A stretch of 64,000 nucleotides of DNA from the IMG/VR virus record IMGVR_UViG_3300032053_000007; one strand, 5' to 3'. How positions within the stretch are numbered: the first letter of the stretch is position 1; the number at the start of each line of letters is the position of its first letter. The stretch is from a virus (Duplodnaviria > Heunggongvirae > Uroviricota > Caudoviricetes). The notes beneath the pieces are model-generated. The model searched no databases, was not told where the DNA came from, and saw only the letters and a program-made list of their open reading frames with translations. The translations under genes were made by a program, and so were the position numbers. Shown one piece after another: positions 46,217 to 57,330 of this stretch.

Positions 46217-47488
46217 ATGACAGTTAACCCAGAAGATAAACAGTCTAATCAGATGATTTCATCAACTGCACTTGGGTATTGGTCAACAGAAGCCCAAGTA
46301 TATTCTGTAACAGGAATGTCTTCAACAGTTGTTCAAAAAATGATGGGTGCAAATAAAGTTGCAAATGATGTAACTACTTTGATTAATAGCTACATCAAAG
46401 TAGCAGACCAGAGGATTCGCCATCAAATGGGTCTTCCATATACAATTCGAAAAGAATATCACGTTTTCCACTTCAACGAACAGACTAGAGATTTTGGTCC
46501 AATGGAAGACGAATATGAATTTTTCGATTATTATGACCCAACTAATCGAGTAGAAAAAGTTTTTGCAATCTATTCTAACAAAAGACGAATGAAATATCCT
46601 TTTCCTAGAAATTGTGACGATTTGACTGAGGACGATACAGTTGTAAGTTCAGAAAGTACGATAAACGGAAAAGAATGGGATGTTGATGACCTTCCTCATG
46701 TTGCTTCTCCTACCACTACAATAGAAAAAGATGAAGACGATTTTATGGCTGGAACAGCAAGTTTGAAAGTTACTGTAACTAATTCAACTGGCGGAATGAT
46801 TATCTTTCCAAAAACTAAGAACTTGGCAAAACAACAGTATCCGTGGGACTATCTTGCATTCTGGATGAAAGTAGATGACCCTACAGTAAAGTTTACTTTC
46901 AGAATGTATGATGTTCTGGAACGAAGTGTTTCTCAGGAATTCTATTGTGGAAACAACAATTTCAACATGACATTACAGTTTAATCCAGCTTTGCCAGACA
47001 CATGGCAGATAGTTGCTCTAAAATTCATGATTATGCAAGGTTATGCGGGCGGCACAAATTGGGTTTTTGTTCCAGTTCAATACTTCACAATAGAATGCGA
47101 CAAGCCATGCGTATTTCACATCGACAACCTAAACTGGAACGATGGAATATTCTTCACAACACCAAAAGGATTACTATGTTGGTCAAGAAGTGAAATTTCT
47201 GCTATTGCAGACGAACTAGAAGTAACCTATTCATTTGACCCATTCAAGCAAGAAGTTCCAGAAGATATAAGTATTGGTAGCGCAAAGATGGCTGGGATAC
47301 TACTGCTCGAATATTTGATAGGAATTAGACAACGTTCAACAGCTTTCACACAAAGTTCTGACGCTCTTTCAGTATCTCCCGATAGAGAAACATTGGAGTT
47401 TACTAAGGCTCGTCTGGAAAGAGAAGTCGAATCATTCTTAGCTGGAATAGGATTCAAGACATACAGCGGAGTAGGTGCAGAGGGCTAG
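46217..47488 (+). CDS. Head-tail adaptor-like protein with inserted beta-sandwich domain
   Basis: Follows MCP; YI..A..RI N-terminal helix and Y.YSF..VPEDI..SAKMA C-terminus. Confidence 0.6.
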   Translation: MTVNPEDKQSNQMISSTALGYWSTEAQVYSVTGMSSTVVQKMMGANKVANDVTTLINSYIKVADQRIRHQMGLPYTIRKEYHVFHFNEQTRDFGPMEDEYEFFDYYDPTNRVEKVFAIYSNKRRMKYPFPRNCDDLTEDDTVVSSESTINGKEWDVDDLPHVASPTTTIEKDEDDFMAGTASLKVTVTNSTGGMIIFPKTKNLAKQQYPWDYLAFWMKVDDPTVKFTFRMYDVLERSVSQEFYCGNNNFNMTLQFNPALPDTWQIVALKFMIMQGYAGGTNWVFVPVQYFTIECDKPCVFHIDNLNWNDGIFFTTPKGLLCWSRSEISAIADELEVTYSFDPFKQEVPEDISIGSAKMAGILLLEYLIGIRQRSTAFTQSSDALSVSPDRETLEFTKARLEREVESFLAGIGFKTYSGVGAEG

Positions 47489-47490
47489 TC

Positions 47491-48096
47491 ATGTCAACGA
47501 AAAATAAAGGATATAGCATAGATACACAAACTAAAAAGAAGGATATAAAGAAAACTCCCTCTATAGATGTTATAATTGCTCCTACAAATGAGGGTAGAAT
47601 GACACCAGTAAAAAACGAAATGTTGCGGATTATTTCCAGTTCAGACGACCAGCTTCAACCACAAGAAACTCACGTTCGTCCAGATTGGAAAATAGCAGAT
47701 TTTTATGTTGTAGAAAACTACCCAGTAGTGACTCTTCGACTTGGAACTGAGGATATGACAGAGCATGTTTATGGACGACAATTAAGCGCAACTCAACGTG
47801 GTCATTTTGTAACTTACAAATTTTCAGCACACGTCTGGGCAGAAAAATCATATCAGTTATTCGATGAGGGCGCGGACGAGACTCAGGCTCAAGCGAAACC
47901 AGCAAGTGAATTGGCAGATAAAATAATGGATGTTCTTCTGCTCTATACTGGTGACGAAACTTCTGGAATCTGGTATTTCGACAAACTTACTGCAAGAGAA
48001 TCCGAACCAGAACGTGGTCCACAACGATTGACAAGAGTAATAATTGAGGGGTATGTACTCGCAAAACGCCCCTTAGCTGATGCTGGTGGTCCTTAA
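47491..48096 (+). CDS. Tail terminator/completion-like protein
   Basis: Position and YPVVTL..FSAHVW..ADKI pattern. Confidence 0.55.
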   Translation: MSTKNKGYSIDTQTKKKDIKKTPSIDVIIAPTNEGRMTPVKNEMLRIISSSDDQLQPQETHVRPDWKIADFYVVENYPVVTLRLGTEDMTEHVYGRQLSATQRGHFVTYKFSAHVWAEKSYQLFDEGADETQAQAKPASELADKIMDVLLLYTGDETSGIWYFDKLTARESEPERGPQRLTRVIIEGYVLAKRPLADAGGP

Positions 48097-49700
48097 TGGC
48101 TGGAAATGTTTATGCCAAAATGACTCCAATTTCAATGTGTGAAGCACTAACAGGTTGGGCTACAACTGGTACTGGTACTCTTGCGGTAGCAGACAATACT
48201 ATTTACGACCCTATTCAGGGAACTTACAACTTACAAGATTACAAAGCATCAGCGGGAAATCGTGGAGCAGATTACGATTTGGGTGCTGGTGGAACTGATT
48301 TAACTGGCAAGGCTATCTATTGTTGGTTCTCTTTTAACCGAACTTCCATTCTTCAAGTCAAAGGTTCAACAGGACTCAGAATAAGAGTAACGGATACATC
48401 TGGAAACTATTCTGAGTGGGATATTGCTGGAAGTGATACACTTCCTCACGCTGGTTGGATTGCTTATTGTATCGAACTAGCATCTACTCCTAGTCGTATT
48501 AGTGGAACTCTTATCAAAACCGCAGTTCGTTATGTTGGTTATAAAGCAGACACAGTTGCGGCAAAAGGATTCATTTACTTTGATGCTTGGCGATACGGAA
48601 CTGGTTTGACTATTACTGGTGGGAATGAGGGTGCTCCTGTCGCATTATCAGATTTGAATGCGGCAGATACTCCAAATCCAAGCGGCAATACAAATGCTTA
48701 CGGAGTAGTCCAATATCTCAACGGAATTTACTTCATTCAAGGTCAAATAAATATTGGATACGAAACGGGTGCTACCGCTGAATCTACTTACTTTAAGGAT
48801 ACCAGCAAAATTGTTGTTTTCAAATCTAGCACTACGGTTACTGATACCTTCTATCGAATATATGGTCAAGGTACTTCTTCGTACATAACCAAGATATATT
48901 TTGGAACAAAGTCAGGTTCTCAAGGTATTTCTGGTCTTGTCGTCATGTCTCAATCTAGTTCATACAGATATACAATGGACTTCTCAGATACAGATGTTAC
49001 CTATTACGGTCTTTATGGATGCACATTCATCCGAGCAAGCACAATTACTTTGCCAGCGTATAACATAAACAAAGAAGTCCTAAGTTGCACTTTTGAAACC
49101 TGTGCTAAAGTTATCGCAAGCACCGCAATCATTACATATAGCAAATTTCTCAATTCTACTGGTGACGCGCTACAATTTAATAGTACATCGCACCATGTTA
49201 CTTATACAGATTTTATTGCTTGTCAGACCGCAATAGAAATCACAGTTGCGGGACCATTCACATATAATAGTTTGTCTTTCTCAAGTTGTACATATGATGG
49301 TCACAACACTTATGGAAGTACAATAGCGGTTAGTTACGATTCTGGATGTAGTCCCGCACCTTCGACATATGACCCCGCTGGAAGTGTAATCACTTATGCA
49401 ACATCAGTAACTTTGACAGTTCGACACGTCAAAAGCGGAAGCGAACCAACTAACTATGCTGTTGTTGCAATCTACAAAGCAAGTGACATGACCCAGATAA
49501 TGGACACAGATGCATCAACAGCAGACGACCAGAACGCGGGATACTATAAGGCTTCTACATCCTATGAAACTACTGGAATTGCTGTGAAAGTTCGAGCAAG
49601 ATATAAAGGATATTTACCATTTGAAGTAACATTGACTATTCCAGCAAACGGACTAGACGTTACGGCTATTTGGATTGCGGACCCTAACTATACTCCATAA
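48096..49700 (+). CDS. Virion structural protein (beta-sandwich/beta-helix)
   Basis: 534 aa, T/S/G/Y-rich. Confidence 0.6.
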   Translation: MAGNVYAKMTPISMCEALTGWATTGTGTLAVADNTIYDPIQGTYNLQDYKASAGNRGADYDLGAGGTDLTGKAIYCWFSFNRTSILQVKGSTGLRIRVTDTSGNYSEWDIAGSDTLPHAGWIAYCIELASTPSRISGTLIKTAVRYVGYKADTVAAKGFIYFDAWRYGTGLTITGGNEGAPVALSDLNAADTPNPSGNTNAYGVVQYLNGIYFIQGQINIGYETGATAESTYFKDTSKIVVFKSSTTVTDTFYRIYGQGTSSYITKIYFGTKSGSQGISGLVVMSQSSSYRYTMDFSDTDVTYYGLYGCTFIRASTITLPAYNINKEVLSCTFETCAKVIASTAIITYSKFLNSTGDALQFNSTSHHVTYTDFIACQTAIEITVAGPFTYNSLSFSSCTYDGHNTYGSTIAVSYDSGCSPAPSTYDPAGSVITYATSVTLTVRHVKSGSEPTNYAVVAIYKASDMTQIMDTDASTADDQNAGYYKASTSYETTGIAVKVRARYKGYLPFEVTLTIPANGLDVTAIWIADPNYTP

Positions 49701-49776
49701 CTTAACATTTTTTGATAATAACTAACGATACATTTATATAGTCCTTTCACCTTTAATTCCAAGAAGTGATTACGAT

Positions 49777-51927
49777 ATGACGATAGATACTGACTTCACG
49801 ATAGATTATGTGAATAAACGTATTTGGAATAAGTACGCTTGGGGACAAGGTGGAACGGTAACAACTTATACAGTAAACGCTCTCTATTCTTGGCTCATGG
49901 ACGTTTTTGATGCTCAAGGCATGATGGACGATGATGTTCCTATGTCTGCTCAGACTCCGAACGCCTATTCATTAATTAATGGGTGGTTCATAGATGATGA
50001 AACTACCAAATATCTATATCTAGGTGCAATTACAACCGTAAGAGGCGACACCGTAATTTCGATGATTACTTTTCAAGCATCTGGTTACACAAGTGCAATC
50101 TTCTCTGACATCACAAAGCAAGTTATTTGGGATGCGGCAGATAAAGGTGCACTTCTGGCATACGATAACACGCGAAGAATTTGGTGGGTTAGAACAACCA
50201 CAGCAATCAGTCCACCCGAAGCAATAACTATCAATGGTGGAACTGGTCTTGGAACTGCAACCGCAGAAGACAGTACAGGTGAAGACCTCTATGCAAACCT
50301 ATATACATTGGGTACGATTGAATCTGGCACACAAATTTACATCTACCAAGCTGGCTCAAAAATAAATGGCTGGTGGAGCACAGGTCATATTGACGTTATA
50401 GTGAAAGTCAAAGAATATGGGACCGAAATTGATAATGCGAACGTAACTGTTTACGCTCGTGTCTATACAGACCTCTATGACTACTTTGCAGTTGATTTGG
50501 GTTCTGGTGGTAGAAATGCTGTACCTTTGGCTACGTCTAACGACCTAGACAATCAGGTAGCAATTGCAACGGCTCTGAGTTACTTAGAAGTAATCAAGAT
50601 AGGATTTGTGAACGGAACAATAACCTTCACGGGAGCATCTGGTGATGCCGCCGTTGCATACAAATGCATTCACGGAGCAACGAGCCATGCAACTGCTTTG
50701 ATTGCGAATACAACTTCGCCATTTACGCTGTTGAGCATTGAGGGAACTTTCCAGAATTCCGAGACAATCGAGATTCTTGAGGAAGTAAAGTTTGACACAT
50801 TGACAGACGTTTTCGATACACTTGGTCAAGTAATTACATCTGGTTCTGCTGGAACTGGCACTCTACGAAGAGTTCAACAAGACCCACAAGGAGTAGGTGT
50901 AAAAGGCATACTTTTCCTTTCTGGTGTTTCAGGAACTTTTGCTAATGAAGATTCTCTGACAGGTGCAACAGATGGTATTGCAGTTCAAGATGGTGCAATT
51001 GCTACAAATACATTCTCAGCAACAACTTCGAGTACAGTCACATTTGCAGACACGTTCGATAAAGACCTGAATAATCCTAACGGTTTGCAACCATACAATG
51101 TTCTGATTTATTGTGCAAGCCAAACAGTTGAAGTTCTTTACGAATTGCTGAAAGGAATAACTCAAAGAACTTCTACATTCCAATGCAGACCAACAAACGG
51201 CTCAAATACAGTCTATGTCTATAACGGTGAATTCTACCAAACGGCAGACACAACTTTCACACAGATAAAGAAAGCATCTCCATTCGGCACATTCGCTGGT
51301 GGAAAGTTCTTCGGTGCAAGAGGCGTTTGGATAGAAAGCGTTGCTGGTGCAGATTCAGAAAGCTACTCATTAATTGATGCCTTAAATGCAACAGAAGACC
51401 CGCCAACAAGTTCGGCTCTAGTAGTAGTATCATGTCGTCCAACAGACGACAGAGTTCTCGTGTGCGAAAGTACGGGTACTGGTTTGACAACAATCAAAAA
51501 GAACCAATACACTCTTACATCACAAAACAATCAATCCTATATTGAAGTGTCAGGTGCAATTGCAGATGACGCTCCAACTACAGGTGTGGTTAGAGTTGTT
51601 GTGGACTACGGACTTAGCACAGAACACGAAGACATCTACAACTATACATCGATTAATAGAGCACCCGCAAATGACCAATTCATTTTAGCCTCTCCAACAG
51701 GACAAACATATGACTCAGCCGACAAAGCATATAATCCATACATAGACGGACTTGCTGATGGAAGTGGAGAAGTAACTATAAGTCTAAAATACTCTGGTTC
51801 GACCAAATACATTGTTACAAGAGTAAGACTGAAGGCATGGGTTCCATTCCAAGTAGCTGGCTCGTTTGCATCTGGAACTACAACGATTACAGCAATCAGA
51901 ACGGCAGACGGAATATATCAACCATAA
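49777..51927 (+). CDS. Virion structural protein
   Basis: 716 aa, T/G/A-rich; own promoter. Confidence 0.65.
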   Translation: MTIDTDFTIDYVNKRIWNKYAWGQGGTVTTYTVNALYSWLMDVFDAQGMMDDDVPMSAQTPNAYSLINGWFIDDETTKYLYLGAITTVRGDTVISMITFQASGYTSAIFSDITKQVIWDAADKGALLAYDNTRRIWWVRTTTAISPPEAITINGGTGLGTATAEDSTGEDLYANLYTLGTIESGTQIYIYQAGSKINGWWSTGHIDVIVKVKEYGTEIDNANVTVYARVYTDLYDYFAVDLGSGGRNAVPLATSNDLDNQVAIATALSYLEVIKIGFVNGTITFTGASGDAAVAYKCIHGATSHATALIANTTSPFTLLSIEGTFQNSETIEILEEVKFDTLTDVFDTLGQVITSGSAGTGTLRRVQQDPQGVGVKGILFLSGVSGTFANEDSLTGATDGIAVQDGAIATNTFSATTSSTVTFADTFDKDLNNPNGLQPYNVLIYCASQTVEVLYELLKGITQRTSTFQCRPTNGSNTVYVYNGEFYQTADTTFTQIKKASPFGTFAGGKFFGARGVWIESVAGADSESYSLIDALNATEDPPTSSALVVVSCRPTDDRVLVCESTGTGLTTIKKNQYTLTSQNNQSYIEVSGAIADDAPTTGVVRVVVDYGLSTEHEDIYNYTSINRAPANDQFILASPTGQTYDSADKAYNPYIDGLADGSGEVTISLKYSGSTKYIVTRVRLKAWVPFQVAGSFASGTTTITAIRTADGIYQP

Positions 51928-51985
51928 TCTACCGAAACCTTTAAATACCCCCTTCTTCTTTATATTATACGTCAGGTGCTACTAG

Positions 51986-52204
51986 ATGGAAAAAGTCATT
52001 CATATTATTGACATCAATGGAAAACCAAGAGATGTCCTTTACGTTCATAAGATAACTATGCAAATCCCCGATAGAGTTAATGGCGGAATTGCAGTAACTA
52101 AAAACTATGCAGAAGTCATTATAATTGGTCATTTTAGGTCATGGAAAGAGTGGTATCCACTAGAACAGTTTCTCGATATGAATCCTGACGTGGTGGTTAG
52201 CTAA
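51986..52204 (+). CDS. Hypothetical protein
   Basis: Promoter and GGTG RBS. Confidence 0.6.
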   Translation: MEKVIHIIDINGKPRDVLYVHKITMQIPDRVNGGIAVTKNYAEVIIIGHFRSWKEWYPLEQFLDMNPDVVVS

Positions 52205-52728
52205 TGGCAATCGAATTTTATCCCACACCAAAACTCATAAAGATTACATCTGGAACAAGTATTACTGCTCTGGAAATATATAATGCCGCAATGGATTGGG
52301 TTGATTCTCAAGAAGGAATGGCTTACACTTGTCCAATAGCGGCATATGGAAAATTCGGCATGGGTGGTGGAGTTTATAGCGACTCAATTTTTGTTCTTCT
52401 GGACGGCTGGAAAATTAAACTCTATAACGGGACATATCAATTCACAATCATTGGCACACTTATTACAGATGACCAAACTGCTAGAACAATTTCGCCAGAT
52501 AGTGGAAATGTTGAAGTTGTTTTTCAAGTCACAAGTCAAGGCATCAACCTTCAATCAGATGACATTGCGACAATAAAGAAACTGAATCAAAATAGATGGA
52601 AGATATTAAATAACCAACTGATAATCTATGATGATAATGGTGTGACTCCGATACGAACTTTTGATTTGAAAAACGCGGCAGGGGAACCAGCCGAACAGGA
52701 TGTTTACGAACGTCAACCAACACCGTGA
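52204..52728 (+). CDS. Virion structural protein, related to the N-terminus of 49777-51927
   Basis: TALEIYNAAMDW resembles TVNALYSWLMDV; LINGW/LLDGW. Confidence 0.6.
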   Translation: MAIEFYPTPKLIKITSGTSITALEIYNAAMDWVDSQEGMAYTCPIAAYGKFGMGGGVYSDSIFVLLDGWKIKLYNGTYQFTIIGTLITDDQTARTISPDSGNVEVVFQVTSQGINLQSDDIATIKKLNQNRWKILNNQLIIYDDNGVTPIRTFDLKNAAGEPAEQDVYERQPTP

Positions 52729-52740
52729 GCGTGACCTAAC

Positions 52741-53907
52741 TTGAAAATAGTCACGCAAGGACTCGGACCTAACCAAATGCTTATTACTCAAGGCTATGGG
52801 CTAGAAGCATTAATAGCAGGAACATACATTATAGATACCATGTTTAAGAAACTTGGTATCAAACCTACCTATAATTTAGATGTCATTTTTGCACAAGCGG
52901 CGGCACTTACTCAATTATATGATGTTGATGTTCTTTATGAAAAACTAGGGATTACAAAAACAGACACAATAGATACTATTTTCAAGAAATTGAAAGTATC
53001 TAAGACGGACTCGATAGACGTTCTCTTCAAAAAATTTGGGGTTTTAAAGACCGATTCTCTTGATGTTATTTTTAAGAAATTCGGAATAACTGCAATAGAT
53101 TCAATCGATGTATTGCTCAAGAAACTAAGAGCTACAAAGACTTATTCGGTTGATGTGTTGTTTAAGAAATTCGGAGTAATTGAGACAGATTCTATTGATG
53201 TAGTCTTTAAAAAGTTAGGAATAACAAAAACAGACTCTATTGATACTTTGCTCAAAAAACTTAACATTACGGTTACAGACCTTATTGATACTCTGTTTGC
53301 GCTACGTAATATAAGAACAGACCAAGTAGATGTTGTATTCAAAAAACTCGGAATTTCAAGAACAACATCAATTGATGTTTGTATAAAGTCACTTGCTCCA
53401 ATAACAATTGGAAGAATAACTGCGGTAAAAGATGCAATGCTGGAAATTATTGCGTTAGCTGATTCACAACTTGAACCTCAAGAAATTCATGTTCGTGGAG
53501 ATTGGAAAACGGCAGATTACTATTTGGAAAACAACTATCCAGTAGTGCTTCTTAGACTTGGAAACGAAACTATTCCAGAACGTATTTATGGGCGTGAAAT
53601 AACTAAAATAGAACGTGGTCATTATGCTACTTATGCTTTTTCAATACACGTTTGGGCAGAGAAAGAATACCAATTATTTGATGATAATGGTGACGAAATA
53701 GTTGCACAAGCCAAACCAGCAAGTGTTTTAGCTGATGAGATTATTAAATATTTTGTAAAATATAGAGGTGATGACGAATCTGGAATAGTCTATTTCTACG
53801 ATATAATTTCTAGGGAGTCTGAACCAGAGCGCGGTCCACAGAGGTTAACAAGAATCATTATTGATGGGTTTATATTAGTAAAGCGTCCCATTGGCATCCT
53901 ATTTTAA
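52741..53907 (+). CDS. 15-aa-repeat protein fused to a paralog of the tail terminator-like domain
   Basis: KTDSIDVLFKKLG repeats then HVRGDWK..NYPVV..ESEPERGPQRLTR near-identical to 47491-48096. Confidence 0.75.
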   Translation: MKIVTQGLGPNQMLITQGYGLEALIAGTYIIDTMFKKLGIKPTYNLDVIFAQAAALTQLYDVDVLYEKLGITKTDTIDTIFKKLKVSKTDSIDVLFKKFGVLKTDSLDVIFKKFGITAIDSIDVLLKKLRATKTYSVDVLFKKFGVIETDSIDVVFKKLGITKTDSIDTLLKKLNITVTDLIDTLFALRNIRTDQVDVVFKKLGISRTTSIDVCIKSLAPITIGRITAVKDAMLEIIALADSQLEPQEIHVRGDWKTADYYLENNYPVVLLRLGNETIPERIYGREITKIERGHYATYAFSIHVWAEKEYQLFDDNGDEIVAQAKPASVLADEIIKYFVKYRGDDESGIVYFYDIISRESEPERGPQRLTRIIIDGFILVKRPIGILF

Positions 53908-53919
53908 GTTGGTATAAAA

Positions 53920-54174
53920 ATGTCACAAAGACCTCATCCACCTTTTTATAAATCTCATTTTGAAATGGTTCCCATAGAAAAAATAATTGACCCAGATATT
54001 TGGAATCTCGATGTAGAGCAACTAATAAAAGACATAGAACAAAATGGTTTGAAAGAGCCATTATATGTTTCTAAAGTTGGGGACTTATATAAGGTTGTAG
54101 ATGGAAATCATAGGCAAAGAGCATTAAAGAAACTCAGTTGGAAAAAAATTCCGTGTATGGTTTTTGATGAGTAA
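53920..54174 (+). CDS. ParB/sulfiredoxin-like domain protein
   Basis: LIKDIEQNGLKEPL.V..VVDGNHRQRA. Confidence 0.8.
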   Translation: MSQRPHPPFYKSHFEMVPIEKIIDPDIWNLDVEQLIKDIEQNGLKEPLYVSKVGDLYKVVDGNHRQRALKKLSWKKIPCMVFDE

Positions 54175-54222
54175 CCGCAAGGTTTATATACTCGTAAGCT
54201 AACATAGTTGTTGTGAACGTAG

Positions 54223-54537
54223 ATGGTTGAGAAATTTAAGTCCATTCAGGATGTTCTGAATGAGATAAAGAGGGACTATAAGACTATGCTTTATTCAACA
54301 CCTATTTCTCTTACTCTTTGGATAGATACTCATCAGAAATTTTGTACTCCTATACTTGGAAAATTACGTTTAGATTTTGGCGGAACTGCTTTTCGTACAG
54401 AAATGGTATTGGCAATACTTCTCAAAATTAATAAAGTTACACCGATAACCATGATTCTAATTGAGGGTCATCCATTCAAAGTCTATCGTGTTACTAAAAC
54501 AGAAGAATATATGAATAAGCCGTGTGAGGTATGTTAA
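54223..54537 (+). CDS. Hypothetical protein
   Basis: Promoter at 54174; coupled operon. Confidence 0.6.
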   Translation: MVEKFKSIQDVLNEIKRDYKTMLYSTPISLTLWIDTHQKFCTPILGKLRLDFGGTAFRTEMVLAILLKINKVTPITMILIEGHPFKVYRVTKTEEYMNKPCEVC

Positions 54538-55005
54538 ATGACAGAACAACCAGAAAAACGTGAAGCATTACCCGCGCCAGAAGAGAAAAAGAAGCAAATG
54601 CTTCATTTGGATATTGATTTGGAAGACCTCTTTACTAAGATTCCGCCACATGTAACCCCAGAAAATCAAGCTATCTGGAAAAATAAAATAGATATGAGCG
54701 AAGATTATATTAAATTGAACCGAACTCTTCAAGTCTTGGCTATGTATCTCGCTAGAGCTTGTAATGAGGGACCAGAAGTTAAAGATAATATCAATAAACG
54801 TCTAGCTCTTGTATCTACAATTCTAAGAGTCCTTTTTGATAATTTGGCTATTACTGGTTATGATGCTTATGGGCTTTTAACCGAATTACTTATGGATACT
54901 CATATGAAGATTAGCGGGAAAAGACATGTCATAAATATTCTCGCTCAGATTGAAGAGGCGAAAGAACAAATCGCCCAAGAAAAATCATCAGAATATACGA
55001 GTTGA
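54538..55005 (+). CDS. Hypothetical protein
   Basis: 155-aa helical ORF. Confidence 0.65.
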   Translation: MTEQPEKREALPAPEEKKKQMLHLDIDLEDLFTKIPPHVTPENQAIWKNKIDMSEDYIKLNRTLQVLAMYLARACNEGPEVKDNINKRLALVSTILRVLFDNLAITGYDAYGLLTELLMDTHMKISGKRHVINILAQIEEAKEQIAQEKSSEYTS

Positions 55006-55011
55006 TAAAAT

Positions 55012-55296
55012 ATGACAGAACAACCAAAACAAGAACAAGAACAACTTCCAGTTGACGAAGCCATCCAAGTCATAGACTACCGCACCATCTATAAAACTCA
55101 AAAATGGTGGTGTGCCGTCTTGCTCGGCAACATGTTTGGGCATGATAAGATAATGGTCTATCTCTGGCAATGGAATGATAAAATGGGCGGCTGGAAACGA
55201 AAACAGAAAATGGGAATAAATTTCGAAAAGGATTGGGAAAACATCAAAAAGGCAGTAGATGAGTTCATGCCTAGAATTAGGACGGCGACAGGTTAA
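55012..55296 (+). CDS. Possible PC4-like ssDNA-binding protein
   Basis: Beta-rich, Trp-rich, C-terminal helix; upstream of RadA. Confidence 0.45.
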   Translation: MTEQPKQEQEQLPVDEAIQVIDYRTIYKTQKWWCAVLLGNMFGHDKIMVYLWQWNDKMGGWKRKQKMGINFEKDWENIKKAVDEFMPRIRTATG

Positions 55297-56288
55297 TGCC
55301 AGAGGAAACACAAAAGCAAATTACAGATATTATAGGCGATTTGGCAGACCAAAAAGAGAAGAAGATAGTTCAATTTTACAAAGACCATAAAGGCAAAAAG
55401 ATAAAACCAGTTGACCCATTTGCGGCATATGACAAAGAACAGGCTCAGATAAAACTCAAAACTGGGACGCTTATTGATGATATGATAGGCGGCGGATTTG
55501 AGGCTGGTTCGTCCATGCTTCTCTTTGGAGAATATGGTTCTGGAAAGACAGAAACCTGTTTTACAGTTGCAGTTTTATGCCCAGATACAGTCATTTACAT
55601 TGATTGTGAAGGTTCATTCAAATGGTCCAGAATAAAAGAGATGTGTGACTCAAGAAAATTAGATTATAAAGTTGTCTTTGCCAAAATCAAACTGTTTCAG
55701 CCAGCAAATTGGGTCGAACTAATGATGACTCTTGCACAATTGCCATCGCCAGCAGACGAAGGCATAGGAAAAATTGGCGTGATAATCATCGACTCATTGA
55801 CAAAATTATTCCGTGGAATAGAATTTGCGGGACGACAGGAACTTCAAGTGAAGCAACCACCGATTAGGGAACTTATGATAACTGGAACAGAAATAGCAAA
55901 GGCTTACGAATGCGCTCTGATATTCACTACACAAATCTATGAGTCGCCTAATGCTAGTGCATTTATGCCAAAATGGGCAAGTTTCCACGCGGTTGGTGGG
56001 GCATCAATAGAACACCAAGCCTCATATGTTATGTTCCTAAGACGGGCACAGGGAAACCTTCGCATTGCACGACTAACTGATTCAGATTGGAAACCTTTAT
56101 CTGAGCGACCATATCTCATAACTATTAATGGAATAGAGGATTTACCAGATACCCAGAAAGCGGCAGAAGTTCTTGAAAAAGCAGAATCATATGAAAGAGA
56201 AATGGCTGAAAAGCTAAAAGACAAAGAGAAAAAGAAGAAGAAAGGCGAAGAGCAGACAGAAGAAAAAATGGAGCAACCCCCAGTTTAG
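55296..56288 (+). CDS. radA: RadA/Rad51-like recombinase
   Basis: TG..ID.MIGGG, GEYGSGKT, YIDCEGSF, IIIDSLT. Confidence 0.9.
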   Translation: MPEETQKQITDIIGDLADQKEKKIVQFYKDHKGKKIKPVDPFAAYDKEQAQIKLKTGTLIDDMIGGGFEAGSSMLLFGEYGSGKTETCFTVAVLCPDTVIYIDCEGSFKWSRIKEMCDSRKLDYKVVFAKIKLFQPANWVELMMTLAQLPSPADEGIGKIGVIIIDSLTKLFRGIEFAGRQELQVKQPPIRELMITGTEIAKAYECALIFTTQIYESPNASAFMPKWASFHAVGGASIEHQASYVMFLRRAQGNLRIARLTDSDWKPLSERPYLITINGIEDLPDTQKAAEVLEKAESYEREMAEKLKDKEKKKKKGEEQTEEKMEQPPV

Positions 56289-56296
56289 GTGAGAAT

Positions 56297-56692
56297 ATGG
56301 GATTCACTTACACACCGCACATCGAATCTATTCTTCGTGGTAGAGGGATGTTCAAAGACGGCTCACTTAAATGTTGTGCTACTCATTGTATCTTCGAAGT
56401 TGGTAAAGGCTTTGGAAGAGAAATAGTAGTTATGGGTAGTACAAAATGTCCAAATTGCAATGCGCCAGTTACTTATCCAGATGACTTGGAATTTCAAGAA
56501 TCGACACAGAAATCTTTACTCAAATGCTCTGTTTGTAAAACTCAAATCTCATTGACAGTAGTTAAATGGACACAAGATGTAATTTCAAAACATCATCGTA
56601 GCAAACATCTTTATTTCCATAAAGAATGTTATGAAGCGATGTATTGTGATGCAGAAGAAGATGGAATTGAGGAAGATGTCGGAACAGCCTGA
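56297..56692 (+). CDS. Zinc-finger protein
   Basis: Multiple C/H pairs. Confidence 0.65.
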   Translation: MGFTYTPHIESILRGRGMFKDGSLKCCATHCIFEVGKGFGREIVVMGSTKCPNCNAPVTYPDDLEFQESTQKSLLKCSVCKTQISLTVVKWTQDVISKHHRSKHLYFHKECYEAMYCDAEEDGIEEDVGTA

Positions 56693-56900
56693 GCAACAAC
56701 CTAAGCAATATAAAGAAGAAGATGAATTTTTCGAGGACGAACGAGATGAGCAACCAGAACCCCAAAACGAACGAGATGAACGAGCAGAAGAAAGACTCAA
56801 AAAGCGAAGAGATTGGCTCAGAAGTCTTACTCAAGAAGACAGAGATTTCATCGCTAGATATGGCGAAGACCTATGGAGAAATTGGAAAATTAGAAGATAA
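56676..56900 (+). CDS. Acidic hypothetical protein
   Basis: Start MSEQ at 56676. Confidence 0.55.
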   Translation: MSEQPEQQPKQYKEEDEFFEDERDEQPEPQNERDERAEERLKKRRDWLRSLTQEDRDFIARYGEDLWRNWKIRR

Positions 56901-56904
56901 AAAA

Positions 56905-57330
56905 ATGTCAGAGAAAAAGAAAGATTATAAAGTACGATATGAAACTGCTCACGGTCATGGGATAGTAGTTACTTTACCATTTGACCCCCGAAAGCATGTA
57001 TGCGACTCTTGTGGAAAATCTGTTGCTGACGGTGAAATAAGAGTAACCGCTCTTCATCATTGGTGGTATGCTTATCAACCTAATACAGTAAGAGAAAATC
57101 CTATATTGGCTGTAGAAAATACTAGCGAACTTTGCTTTGGGTGTCATCCAATTGGTGATGCGATTAGAGCATTGCTTTATGCTAATCCTTCTCGTGTTGC
57201 TATGGTCTCCGAACTTCTTCGTGGAGAACCGAGGGAAAAATTTATTAAGGTGCTTGACGAAGTATCTAGGAGACTAAAGGAGCAAAATGTGGACTTGGCA
57301 AAGAAGATATTAGAGATGGGGAAAAGATGA
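56905..57330 (+). CDS. HNH-like protein
   Basis: CDSCG..TALHHW..ELCFGCH; start MSEKK. Confidence 0.6.
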   Translation: MSEKKKDYKVRYETAHGHGIVVTLPFDPRKHVCDSCGKSVADGEIRVTALHHWWYAYQPNTVRENPILAVENTSELCFGCHPIGDAIRALLYANPSRVAMVSELLRGEPREKFIKVLDEVSRRLKEQNVDLAKKILEMGKR

